64,000 bases of DNA from Halobacteriales archaeon QH_7_66_36. Lineage in GTDB: Archaea; Halobacteriota; Halobacteria; Halobacteriales; Haloarculaceae. Both the position numbers and the translations under genes were made by a program. The notes below the pieces were generated by a model. The model made no database searches. It was not told the origin of the DNA and was given only the letters and a program-made list of their open reading frames with translations. Positions 18,059 through 27,061 of the stretch are shown here, piece after piece. The stretch is from NCBI GenBank assembly GCA_003021175.1, contig PXQV01000004.1:25015-89014 (forward strand). The letters run 5' to 3'. Position 1 is the first letter of the stretch. Each line of letters opens with the position of its first letter.

Positions 18059-18366
18059 GCCACTCAGTGGCGTGGGTGCGTACCACGACGTATTGAGGGA
18101 TTCAGCTCCCTCGCCGTTCCGTCCCGATAGCCTCACCAACCCGCGAGCAGCGTTCCGCTGCCGTACCAACCATGTCGGACGATACCGTCGACGACGAGCA
18201 AGACTCTGATGCCAATCATTCGCCACCGATGGACGACGAGCCGGCCCGCCGGACGGAGAGCCGATACTGAACGGCTCCAGCCCGGCAGGTGAGGTCCCAC
18301 CCGATGAACCCGGTCGCTACGAATGTGCCGCCCCCTCCCAAGTGACGTTTCGGGACAGTCGTTTAC

Positions 18367-19191
18367 TTGCTGGCGGCCGACCTCCCACCCGTGTCTGCCC
18401 CAACCGTCTGTCTCACGTTCGACTTCGACGCCGTCTCGCCGTGGCTCCACATCGACGAGAGCCGAAACACGCCGACAAACCGGTCGCGCGGCCTGTACGG
18501 GGCCGAGGTCGGCGCACCGAACGTGCTCGCGTTCCTCGACGAGCACGACCTGCCGGCGACGTGGTTCGTCCCCGGTCACACAATCGATAGCTTCCCCGAC
18601 GTGTGCGAGCGGGTCGCCGACGCACACGAGATCGGCCACCACGGCTGGAGCCACACTCCGCCGGGCGACTACGAGGGCCGCGACGCTGAACGGGCCGACG
18701 TCGAGCGCGGCATCGAGAGCATCGAGCGACTGACCGGCGCACCGCCCGCCGGCTACCGCTCGCCGTCGTGGGACTACTCGGAACACACGGTCGACCTGCT
18801 GTGTGCGCTGGGCTTCGACTACTCCTCGTCGGGGATGGCCCGCGAGTTCGAGCCGTACTACGTCCGAGACGACGCGGCCCCGTCCGACGGCCGGTACGAC
18901 CCCGGCGAGGCGACCGACCTGCTGGAGGTGCCGGTGTCGTGGGCACGCGACGACTATCCGCCGCTCGCGTTCGCCAGCGGGCGGGGCTACACGGCCGAGG
19001 ACGCGGTGTTCGACGACTGGCGAGCGCAGTTCGACCACGCGCCCGCCGACGGCGTCTTCGTGCTGACGATGCATCCACAGGTGATCGGCCGACCCGACCG
19101 CCTCGTCAAGTTGGGTGCGTTCGTCGACCACGCACGGGCGGTGGGGGCGACGTTCCGCGAGGTCGGGACCGTCGCGGAACGGTACGACTGA
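18367..19191 (+). CDS. Polysaccharide deacetylase (NodB-homology / CE4-like) family protein
   Basis: 274 aa. CLTFDFDAVSPW, WFVPGHT, HEIGHHGWSH, YRSPSWD. The start is uncertain: TTG at 18367 or an in-frame GTG about 25 nt downstream. Confidence 0.75.
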   Translation: MLAADLPPVSAPTVCLTFDFDAVSPWLHIDESRNTPTNRSRGLYGAEVGAPNVLAFLDEHDLPATWFVPGHTIDSFPDVCERVADAHEIGHHGWSHTPPGDYEGRDAERADVERGIESIERLTGAPPAGYRSPSWDYSEHTVDLLCALGFDYSSSGMAREFEPYYVRDDAAPSDGRYDPGEATDLLEVPVSWARDDYPPLAFASGRGYTAEDAVFDDWRAQFDHAPADGVFVLTMHPQVIGRPDRLVKLGAFVDHARAVGATFREVGTVAERYD

Positions 19192-19209
19192 CCGAACCGA
19201 GCAGGCGGG

Positions 19210-20751
19210 CTACGCGTGGACGGCGGCCAGCTCGGGGGCCGGCCAGTCGGCGAGCGTCCCGGTGTACAGCGTCTCGGCTTGACAGTCGACGTAGCGGCGC
19301 TGCATCGCGTGGACCGCCTCGGTCGGGTCGTCGCCGGCGTCCAACCGCGAGGCGATGGCCGCCCGCTTCCACTCGGCCGGCGTCTGGCCGTCCGTGACCC
19401 GCGTGCGGAGCGGGTCGAGCCAGCCGGCCGCCTGTGCCCGGGTGAGCCCCTGCCGCTCGAGGCCGTCGGCCGCGACGGCGAACAGGTCCTCGTAGAGCCG
19501 AGCGGTGTCGGTCGTCGCGTCGCCGTCGGCGGTGATCCATTCGAGGTCGGCGGCGAGACCGTCCCGAGCGGCGGCGTAGAAGTTGTCGCGGGCCGTCGCC
19601 CACGGCTGCTCGCCGACGGGATGGTTCTGCGCGTGGAGTTCGGTGAGGAGTCCGGCGAAGGCCGCGACGAGCGAGACGGCGTCCGGAACGGTGGGCTGGG
19701 CGGGGAGCGGCCGGAACTCGATGCGTGCGTTCGCCTCCGCCTCGGTCGCGCCGTCGAACACCGGCCGCACCCACCGCCAGTAGGAGCCGTGTTTGTGTCT
19801 GAGGTGGGCGAAGGCGCCGTCGAACCGGGTGCCCGCCTCGCAGGGTGCCGGAACGAGCGTCTCGTCGTCGACGATTGCGTCGACCGCGTCGCCCGGCGAG
19901 TCCACGTCGTTCGGGAATCGGACCTTCGCCGGACCGTCGGCGGGGTTGATGATCTGCTCGTAGATGGGAACCCGGTGTTCGGTCCAGCCGTCGTCCAGCA
20001 GCAGGTCGCGGTCGGGCGACCCGTCGTACAGGTCGGGCGGGAGGACCGGTGCGTTGGCCGCGAGCGCGAGCAGCGGCCCCGCGATGCGGAGCGCGTAGCC
20101 GAACTGGGCGGGGAGGTCCGCCGCGCGCCGACACTGGTAGTGGGGTTGGATAGAGGTGGTGAGCGCCACGAACGCCGGATAGTCGGCGGCGATGTCGACG
20201 CCGGGCAGGTCGAGTCGCCCGCCGACGGCGTTATCGGTGTTCGCGAACCCGTGATACCGGGGCTGGTTCGTGACGTTGACGCCGAGCGTGAGGCCGTCGG
20301 CCTCGGTCGCGGCGGTGAGATACTCCCGCGTCGTCGCCTCGGCCGGCGGAACGGTCCACAGACCGTCGCTCACGAACCGGAGGTCGTCGTCTGCGGCCGC
20401 TCGCTGGACGCCCCGGAGTTTGGCGGCGACGCCGTGCGACAGCGCCCGAAGCCCGGACTCGTTGCACGGGAACGGACAGGTGTTGATCTCGGCGTTGTGG
20501 AGGCCGAGTTCGGGGCACACGTCGCGGTGCGTGAGGAGGTCACGAGGGACGCGTCGGAGTCGGGTCGTGGCACGGTCGACGCCGTACAGTTCGTGCTCTA
20601 AACCGAGCGTCGTCTGGTCGTTGTCGAACGTGCCGGCGGCCAACTCCTCCTTGAGCCACGCCGCCTCCTCGCGCACCTGCGCGTCGAACGTGTCGGGCGC
20701 GACGCTCCGCCACTCGCGGAGTCGCGCGACCGGGTCTGCTCCGCCGGACAT
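19210..20751 (-). CDS. Glutamate--cysteine ligase family 2 (GCS2/YbdK-like) carboxylate-amine ligase homologue, long form, paralogue 1
   Basis: About 513 aa from the ATG at 20751 (the track starts at GTG 20766). GLEHELYGVD, ELGLHNAEINTCP and IEFRPLPAQPT resemble GCS2 motifs. Paralogous to 32120-33652. Confidence 0.55.
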   Translation of the reverse strand: MSGGADPVARLREWRSVAPDTFDAQVREEAAWLKEELAAGTFDNDQTTLGLEHELYGVDRATTRLRRVPRDLLTHRDVCPELGLHNAEINTCPFPCNESGLRALSHGVAAKLRGVQRAAADDDLRFVSDGLWTVPPAEATTREYLTAATEADGLTLGVNVTNQPRYHGFANTDNAVGGRLDLPGVDIAADYPAFVALTTSIQPHYQCRRAADLPAQFGYALRIAGPLLALAANAPVLPPDLYDGSPDRDLLLDDGWTEHRVPIYEQIINPADGPAKVRFPNDVDSPGDAVDAIVDDETLVPAPCEAGTRFDGAFAHLRHKHGSYWRWVRPVFDGATEAEANARIEFRPLPAQPTVPDAVSLVAAFAGLLTELHAQNHPVGEQPWATARDNFYAAARDGLAADLEWITADGDATTDTARLYEDLFAVAADGLERQGLTRAQAAGWLDPLRTRVTDGQTPAEWKRAAIASRLDAGDDPTEAVHAMQRRYVDCQAETLYTGTLADWPAPELAAVHA

Positions 20752-20933
20752 CACGCAAAGATACACCGAGTGACGCGATAAGCCTCACCCCGAACACCCG
20801 GAATTCGGACGTATGAGGGCCGCTAACAACCGACAGCGACTGTGAAGCCACGTCGCGTCGTTCGCTCCGAGCGATTGTGAGTCGCTGACACACTCCCGGC
20901 CGACTTTTCACCGCACGGTCCGTACAGCGTCGT

Positions 20934-22412
20934 ATGGCGGACGTACCGCGACTGATGAGCACGCAGCACCCCGACAACGCGATGCTCCCCTTCTTCGCCG
21001 ACGGCGACGTCATTGAGGGCGACGACGAGATACAGGAGGCGTACTACGTCTACTCGCATCTGGGCTGTGACGAGCAGATGTGGGACTTCGAGGGGAAGGA
21101 GGGCGACGAGTACGCGGTGAAGAAGCTGCTCTCGCGGTACGACAACTACTTCGCGGAGACGCGACTCGGCGAGGACGTTCGGCTCACCGTCCGCGGCCCG
21201 AACCCCGCCGTCGAGGAGTCAGAGGCGAAGATACTGTTAGAGATACTCGAATCGGTTCCGCGGTCGCACGACGCGGCGGCCCGCTACGCCGAGGAGTTCG
21301 ACCTGCCGACCGTCCCGCCGATCCACGAGGTCATCGTGCCGATGGTGACGGACGCCGAACAGGTGAACGTCGTCCACCGCTACTACGAGGGGTTCGTCGC
21401 CGGCAAGACCGACCGCGAAGTGGCCGACGGCCGGACCGTCGCCGACTGGGTCGGCACCTTCGAACCCGAATCGATCCGCGTCATCCCGCTGATCGAGGAG
21501 CGCGAGGCGATGCTGTCGGCCGACGACATCGTCCGCGACTACGCGACCACCCACGACCAGTCGTCGGTGCGGGTGTTCCTCGCCCGCTCCGACCCGGCGC
21601 TCAACTACGGGAGTCTCGCCGCGGACCTGATCAACAAGGTGGCGCTCGCGCGGCTCTACCGAGCGGCCGACGACCTCGGCATCGAGGTGCATCCGATCCT
21701 CGGGGCAGGCCCAGCGCCGTTCCGCGGCGGTCTCGCACCCCCGACCGTCGACCGGGTCCTGTCGGCGTATCCGGAGGTGGAGACGTTCACCGTCCAGTCG
21801 TCGTTCAAGTACGACCACCCGGTCGAGGACGTTCGAGACGCGCTCGACCGCGTGAAGTCGGCGGAGTTGGGCGCGCCACCAGATCCAATCGACGAGGACC
21901 GCGCGCTCGCCGTCGTCGACCGGATGGCCGAGACGTACTCGCGGCAGGTCGACGCTATCGCGCCGACGATCAACCGCCTCGCGCGGTACGTCCCGGACAG
22001 ACGCGCTCGGAAACTCCACGTCGGTCTGTTCGGCTACTCGCGTGAGGTCGGCGAGAACCAACTGCCGCGGGCCATCGGCTACACCGCCGCGCTCTACTCG
22101 GTCGGTTGTCCGCCGACGCTGCTCGGCGTCGACGGTCTCACCCCCGACGATGTGGAGTTCGTCGCCGACGCGTTCCCGACGTTCTTCGACACACTGGCGG
22201 ACGCCGCCCGCTACTACAACCCCCGGTGTACGGAACTGCTCGACCTCAGCCGCGGGACGCTGGAGGCGGCCTTCGACCACGTCGACGTCGACGCCAACCC
22301 GACCCACAAGGAGGCCACGTCGACGGTCATCGACGCGTTACAGAGCGGCGACGACGAGGCCGTCCGCTCGGGCGTCCGACAGGCCGCCCGCGAACGGCAG
22401 TTCCTCGGCTAG
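20934..22412 (+). CDS. ppcA: Archaeal-type phosphoenolpyruvate carboxylase
   Basis: 492 aa. The hallmark N-terminus VPRLMSTQHPDNA of archaeal-type PEPC, with a length typical of that family. Confidence 0.8.
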   Translation: MADVPRLMSTQHPDNAMLPFFADGDVIEGDDEIQEAYYVYSHLGCDEQMWDFEGKEGDEYAVKKLLSRYDNYFAETRLGEDVRLTVRGPNPAVEESEAKILLEILESVPRSHDAAARYAEEFDLPTVPPIHEVIVPMVTDAEQVNVVHRYYEGFVAGKTDREVADGRTVADWVGTFEPESIRVIPLIEEREAMLSADDIVRDYATTHDQSSVRVFLARSDPALNYGSLAADLINKVALARLYRAADDLGIEVHPILGAGPAPFRGGLAPPTVDRVLSAYPEVETFTVQSSFKYDHPVEDVRDALDRVKSAELGAPPDPIDEDRALAVVDRMAETYSRQVDAIAPTINRLARYVPDRRARKLHVGLFGYSREVGENQLPRAIGYTAALYSVGCPPTLLGVDGLTPDDVEFVADAFPTFFDTLADAARYYNPRCTELLDLSRGTLEAAFDHVDVDANPTHKEATSTVIDALQSGDDEAVRSGVRQAARERQFLG

Positions 22413-22801
22413 TCGCGGCCGCCCGCCCGCAGTCGCTCGCGGTGGTCGTCGGGGACTCGCCGCGACGCCCCCGTCTCGCGGTCGACGTACACCTGCACCG
22501 TCCGCGCGGTCGCGTACCGCGTCTCGCCGGCCCGTATCTCGTACTTCATCGGAATGCTTGACTCGCCCACCTCGCCAACGGACAGTTCGACCGTGACGCT
22601 GTCGACCTCGTCGATCGCCTCCTCGTAGGACACCTCCAGTTGCGCGAGGACGGTATCGACCTCGCCGAGCGGGACTCCGACCACGTCGTCGTAGAAGGCT
22701 GCCCGCGCCTGTTCAAGATAGGTGACGTACAGTGCATTGTTAACGTGACGCATTGGGTCGAAGTCGCGGAACCGAACCTGAATCTCCGTCGTGTACGGCA
22801 T
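22409..22801 (-). CDS. Acyl-CoA thioesterase (4HBT/YbgC-like hotdog fold)
   Basis: 130 aa. VRFRDFDPMRHVNNALYVTYLEQARAAFY. Confidence 0.8.
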   Translation of the reverse strand: MPYTTEIQVRFRDFDPMRHVNNALYVTYLEQARAAFYDDVVGVPLGEVDTVLAQLEVSYEEAIDEVDSVTVELSVGEVGESSIPMKYEIRAGETRYATARTVQVYVDRETGASRRVPDDHRERLRAGGRD

Positions 22802-22853
22802 CTGCGGGTGGAGGCAGGGCGGGAAGGTAAATGCTTACCCGAGACGTCCGGGG

Positions 22854-23061
22854 GTGTTCAGATACGCGGGTCGTCGCTCAATTGAGTAACCGCATTGGGC
22901 GGGACTGAAAGGGGCCGGGCGCTCGATCCGGCCCCGGCGACGCAAGCACCGCAGCGAACGCAGTGAGCGAGGCGCGCAGCGAGTCGCGGACGGGCGAGCG
23001 CCCGGGGGCTTTCTACATCCTGTTGCTGGCTCATCCAGTTGGATTGCTCTTGTCTGAACAC
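22854..23061 (+). repeat. MITE-like intergenic repeat, copy B (208 bp)
   Basis: TIRs GTGTTCAGATA ... TGTCTGAACAC. GGGACTGAAAGGGGC and GGGGCTTTCTACA landmarks. An 11-bp long-range stem pairs 22915-22925 with 22995-23005. Confidence 0.75.
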
Positions 23062-23077
23062 CACTACACGACCTGAC

Positions 23078-23986
23078 TCACTCGCCGACGTCGAACATCT
23101 CCGCTCGTTCGATGACGGCCTCGGCTCGCCGGACGTGCGCGAGGTCGACCATCTCGCCGTCGATCCGGATCGCGCCGCGACCAGATTCGGCATCGGCCTC
23201 GTTCATCGACGCGACGAGGTCCCGACACCGCTGTACCTCCTCCGGGTCGGGGGTGAACACGGATTCGATCACGGGGATTTGGTCGGGATGGATGGCCTGA
23301 AACCCTGTGTAGCCGAGTTCGCGGGCGCGGCGGGCCTCCTGGCGCAGTCCCTCCTCGTCGTCCACGTCGAGTCGCGGGCCGGAGACGAGTTGCTCGACGC
23401 CCGCGGCTCGGCCGTCCATCACGAGCTTCGAGAGCATGTACTGACGCTCGTGGCCCTCGTCGGTCCACTCGAAGCCGAGGGCGCGTTCCACGTCCGCGCC
23501 GCGACTGGTCGCGCCCACGAGCGCCGTGACCCGGTCGCTCGCCGCGCAGATGTCGTGTGCCCGCCGGAACCCGTCGGCCGTCTCCGGGAGCGCGACGATG
23601 TCGACGCGCTCGTCGAGGTCGCGCACCCGTTCGAGATAGGTGAGCACGTGCGCGACCCGCTGGACGTCCGTCGGTCCGGTCAGTTTCGGAACGACGAGCG
23701 CGTCCAGTCCGGGCCGGACCGCGGCGTCGAGGTCGGCTTCCAGCAGGCCCGTGTCGGGGGCGTTCACGCGGACGGTCGCCGCGGCGTCGACACCTGTGAA
23801 CGTCGGGAGGCAGTCGGCCACGACCTCGCGGGCCGCCGCCTTCTCGTCTAGCGGGACGGCGTCTTCCAGATCGAAGATGTATCCGTCGGCGCCGTTGGCC
23901 GCCGCGTCCGCGACCCACTCGCGGCGGTTCGCCGGCACGTACAGCAGGGAGCGAACTGGGCGCATTGTCGAGAGCACTTCTGACAC
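23078..23986 (-). CDS. HpcH/HpaI-family CitE-like acyl-CoA lyase (citryl/malyl/citramalyl-CoA lyase type)
   Basis: 302 aa. LLYVPANRREWVADAAANGADGYIFDLEDAVP and AIHPDQIPVI. Confidence 0.8.
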   Translation of the reverse strand: MSEVLSTMRPVRSLLYVPANRREWVADAAANGADGYIFDLEDAVPLDEKAAAREVVADCLPTFTGVDAAATVRVNAPDTGLLEADLDAAVRPGLDALVVPKLTGPTDVQRVAHVLTYLERVRDLDERVDIVALPETADGFRRAHDICAASDRVTALVGATSRGADVERALGFEWTDEGHERQYMLSKLVMDGRAAGVEQLVSGPRLDVDDEEGLRQEARRARELGYTGFQAIHPDQIPVIESVFTPDPEEVQRCRDLVASMNEADAESGRGAIRIDGEMVDLAHVRRAEAVIERAEMFDVGE

Positions 23987-24070
23987 GGAGATAAACGTTC
24001 GGCCGGCGCAGACCCGGACGTCGATTGACGCTGGGCGTACGCTTATTCATCTGCCGTCGCTTGCGGCGGT

Positions 24071-25015
24071 ATGCGCGTGACGGTTATCGGCGGCGGCGGG
24101 GCGGTCGGGGCGACGGTCGCCTACACGCTGGCAATCGACCGGCCGGCCCTCGACGTGCAGATCTGTGATGTCGACGGAGACGCCGCGTGGGGCCACGCGA
24201 CCGACGCTCGCCACGCCCGGTTGCACGCCAGCCACCCGGTCGGACCCGACGTCTCGGCGACCGGCGACGTGACCACTATCGACCCGGGACCGGAGGCAGT
24301 GCGCGGGGCGGACTACGTCGTCGTCACCGCGAGCGTCCCGCGACCCGAGGGCGGTGCCGAACGCGGCGGCCGGGAGGCGTTCTGGCCGGGCAACCGCGAC
24401 CTCGCCGACGAGATCGCCGAGTGGCTGCGGGACGCCGAGCCGTGCCCCGTCGTGGTCGTCACGAACCCGGCCGACCGGATGGTGAGCCGGCTCCACGACC
24501 GGAGCGGCTGGCCCTGCGAGCGGTTCCTCGGCTACTCGCTGTCGGAGACGGCTCGCATCGCCGACGCCATCGGGCGACGGGCGGACGCCGACCCGGCGAC
24601 CGTCGACTGTCCGATCCTCGGCGAGCACGGCGAACACATCGTGCCGGCGTTCTCGCGGGCGACCGTCGACGGCGAGCCGTTGGACCTCGACGCGACCGCC
24701 CGCGAGGAGATACTCGAATACGTCCGCTCGGTGCCGTACGACGTGATGGACCGTCGTGGCCGTCGCGACTCCTCGCGGTGGGTGACCGGACGCGGGGCGA
24801 GCCTCGTCGTCGAATCGATGCTGGACGGCGGCACCGACGACCCGATCTGTCTCGCCACGCCGCTCGACGGCGCGTACGGCATCGACGGTGTCGCGGTCAG
24901 CGTTCCGGTCGTCCTGTCGGCGACGGGCGTCGACCGGGTCGTCGAGTGGGAGCTTGCCGACGACGAGCGAGCGGCGCTGGAAGCGGCCGCACGCGCCGTG
25001 CGCGAGGCGATCTGA
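24071..25015 (+). CDS. L-lactate/malate dehydrogenase family protein, divergent substrate loop
   Basis: 314 aa. Rossmann VIGGGGAVGATVA, VTNPADRM, catalytic-His region ILGEHGEHIVPAF. The loop ASVPRPEGGAERGGREAF is longer than, and unlike, canonical MDH/LDH. Confidence 0.7.
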   Translation: MRVTVIGGGGAVGATVAYTLAIDRPALDVQICDVDGDAAWGHATDARHARLHASHPVGPDVSATGDVTTIDPGPEAVRGADYVVVTASVPRPEGGAERGGREAFWPGNRDLADEIAEWLRDAEPCPVVVVTNPADRMVSRLHDRSGWPCERFLGYSLSETARIADAIGRRADADPATVDCPILGEHGEHIVPAFSRATVDGEPLDLDATAREEILEYVRSVPYDVMDRRGRRDSSRWVTGRGASLVVESMLDGGTDDPICLATPLDGAYGIDGVAVSVPVVLSATGVDRVVEWELADDERAALEAAARAVREAI

Positions 25016-25081
25016 CCAGCGGGAGTCTGCCGCGACCGACGACAGGGGGATTTACGTTGCCCGGTCACTCGCCCTTCTGAC

Positions 25082-26269
25082 GTGCCACCGCTTGCCGACG
25101 TGACCGTTCTCGACGCGACACAGATGGTCGCCGGCCCGTTCGCGTCGATGCAACTCGCCGATCTGGGCGCGGACGTGTACAAGATCGAGCGGCCCGACGG
25201 CGGCGAACTCGGCCGGTCGAACCCGCCCATCGACGAGGGCCGGAGCGCGTACTTCGCCTCGATCAATCGCAACAAGGAATCGGTCGCCCTCGACCTGAAG
25301 TCCGACCGCGGCCGCGACGCCTTCCTCTCGTTGGCCGAGGCGGCGGACGTCATCGTCGAGAACCATCCCGCCGGCCGGATGGAGCGGTTCGGCCTCGGCT
25401 ACGAGGCGATCAGCGACCGCAATCCCGAGATCATCTACTGTTCGATCACGGGGTTCGGCCACAGCGGGCCGTACCGCGACCTGCCGTCGCTGGACATGAT
25501 CGCACAGGCGCTCTCGGGCGTGATGAGCGTGACCGGGCCGGCGGACGGCGACCCGCACCGCGCGGGCATCCCCATCGGCGACATCGCCGCGTCGATGTAC
25601 GCCGTCCAGAGTATCGCGCTCGCGCTGTACGAGCGTGAACGAACCGGCGAGGGGGAGTTCCTCGACGTGTCGATGCTCGACTGTCTGACGTCGTGGCTCA
25701 CCGTCCGGGCGGGCAGCTCGTGGGACACCGGCGAGCCGTATCCGCGGATGGGGAACGCCCTCCCCGAGTTCGTCCCCTACGACGTGTACGACACCGCCGA
25801 GGGGTATCTCGCACTCGCGGTCGTCGCGGACCACCACTGGGACCGGCTCTGTGCCACCATCGGCCGCGAGGCGTTGGCTGACGACGAGCGATTCGCGACC
25901 GGGGCCGCCCGGCGCGAGCACCGCGACGCGGTCGACGAGATGCTCGGCGAGGCGTTCGCAGACGCGACCGCCGACGAGTGGTTCGACCGCCTCCGCGAGC
26001 GTGGGGTTCCCGCGGCACCCATCTACGACACGCTGGACGTGCGGACGGACGAGCACGTCGGGTCGCGCGACCTGCTGACGACCGTCACCGACGGCCACCG
26101 CGAGGTGGACGCGATCCGGCATCCGGTCGCGTTCGACTCGACCGACCAGCAGATCGAACGCGGCGTTCCGGCCCTCGGCGAGACGACGGCGGCCGCGCTG
26201 TCTGCCGTCGGCGTCGACGAGGCGCAGATCGACGCGATTCTCGCGGCGATCGACCCGCCCGACCCCTGA
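25082..26269 (+). CDS. Family III CoA-transferase (CaiB/BaiF type)
   Basis: 395 aa, GTG start. VLDATQMVAGPFASMQLADLGADVYKIERP, SITGFGHSGPY. Confidence 0.85.
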   Translation: MPPLADVTVLDATQMVAGPFASMQLADLGADVYKIERPDGGELGRSNPPIDEGRSAYFASINRNKESVALDLKSDRGRDAFLSLAEAADVIVENHPAGRMERFGLGYEAISDRNPEIIYCSITGFGHSGPYRDLPSLDMIAQALSGVMSVTGPADGDPHRAGIPIGDIAASMYAVQSIALALYERERTGEGEFLDVSMLDCLTSWLTVRAGSSWDTGEPYPRMGNALPEFVPYDVYDTAEGYLALAVVADHHWDRLCATIGREALADDERFATGAARREHRDAVDEMLGEAFADATADEWFDRLRERGVPAAPIYDTLDVRTDEHVGSRDLLTTVTDGHREVDAIRHPVAFDSTDQQIERGVPALGETTAAALSAVGVDEAQIDAILAAIDPPDP

Positions 26270-26284
26270 GTTCGAGGCGCGGAA

Positions 26285-26884
26285 TCAGGCCAAATCCTCC
26301 GGCTGTGTGCCGATGTCGGCCGGCCACCCCGGCGGCCGGGCCGCGGACGGGTCGGCCGCCTCGCGTTTCAGCACCATCGGCGTCCGCTTCAGCGAGAGCA
26401 CCTGCTCGCCGTCCTGTTTGTAGCCGCGCAGTTCCGTCTCCACGATGCCGACGTGGTCCCGCGAGTCGCTCTCGCGTCTGTCGAGCACCTCGCTCTCGAC
26501 GAACAGCGTGTCGCCGTGGAACATCGGCCCGTGGTGGCGCACCTCGTCGTAGCCGAGGTTCGCCGTCGCGTTCTGCGAGATGTCGATAACGCTCATCCCG
26601 ACGGCCATGGCGATGACGACGAGGCCGTTGACGAGTCGCTCGCCGAACTCCGTCTCCGACGCGTACGCCTCGTTGAAGTGCATCGGATTCAGATTCATCG
26701 TGACGTTCGTCAGCCACACGTCGTCGGTCTCGGTGACCGTCCGGCCGTACGGGTGTTTGTAGATATCGCCGACGGTGAAGTCCTCGTAGAATCGGCCCTG
26801 CCAGCCTTCGACGAGTCGGCGGTCGTCGTCCGCCTCGCCGGAGTTCGATTCGGTCATAGAGCGTAGTGGGCGAACGGACGACAT
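26285..26884 (-). CDS. MaoC-like (R)-specific enoyl-CoA hydratase/dehydratase, single hotdog domain
   Basis: 199 aa. FTVGDIYKHPYGRTVTETDDVWLTNVTMNLNPMHFNEAYA. Confidence 0.8.
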   Translation of the reverse strand: MSSVRPLRSMTESNSGEADDDRRLVEGWQGRFYEDFTVGDIYKHPYGRTVTETDDVWLTNVTMNLNPMHFNEAYASETEFGERLVNGLVVIAMAVGMSVIDISQNATANLGYDEVRHHGPMFHGDTLFVESEVLDRRESDSRDHVGIVETELRGYKQDGEQVLSLKRTPMVLKREAADPSAARPPGWPADIGTQPEDLA

Positions 26885-26911
26885 TATACTTGGCGACGGC
26901 CCGGATGGGCA

Positions 26912-27032
26912 GTGTTCAGCTACCCGGGTCGTCGCTCGACTGAGCAGCTGCGGTGGGTGGGACTGAAAGGGGCCGGGCGCTTTCTACACTTTATTATTCG
27001 AATAGTCTCCGAACTCACTCTTATTTGAACGC
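26912..27032 (+). repeat. MITE-like intergenic repeat, copy C (about 121 bp, internally deleted derivative)
   Basis: GTGTTCAGCTACCCGGGTCGTCGCTCGACTGAG...GGGACTGAAAGGGGCCGGGCG is joined directly to CTTTCTACA. The right end is TTATTTGAACGC. The central ~95-nt stem-enclosed region is missing. Confidence 0.65.
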
Positions 27033-27061
27033 TAACACCCGGATGGGTCGAAACCATGCTG

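Noticed and set aside
18172-18270. 32-aa extremely acidic micro-ORF downstream of the NUDIX gene.
   Set aside because: It is too short, and there is no independent support such as an evident promoter, an RBS or a conservation check. It is mentioned only in the NUDIX islet finding.
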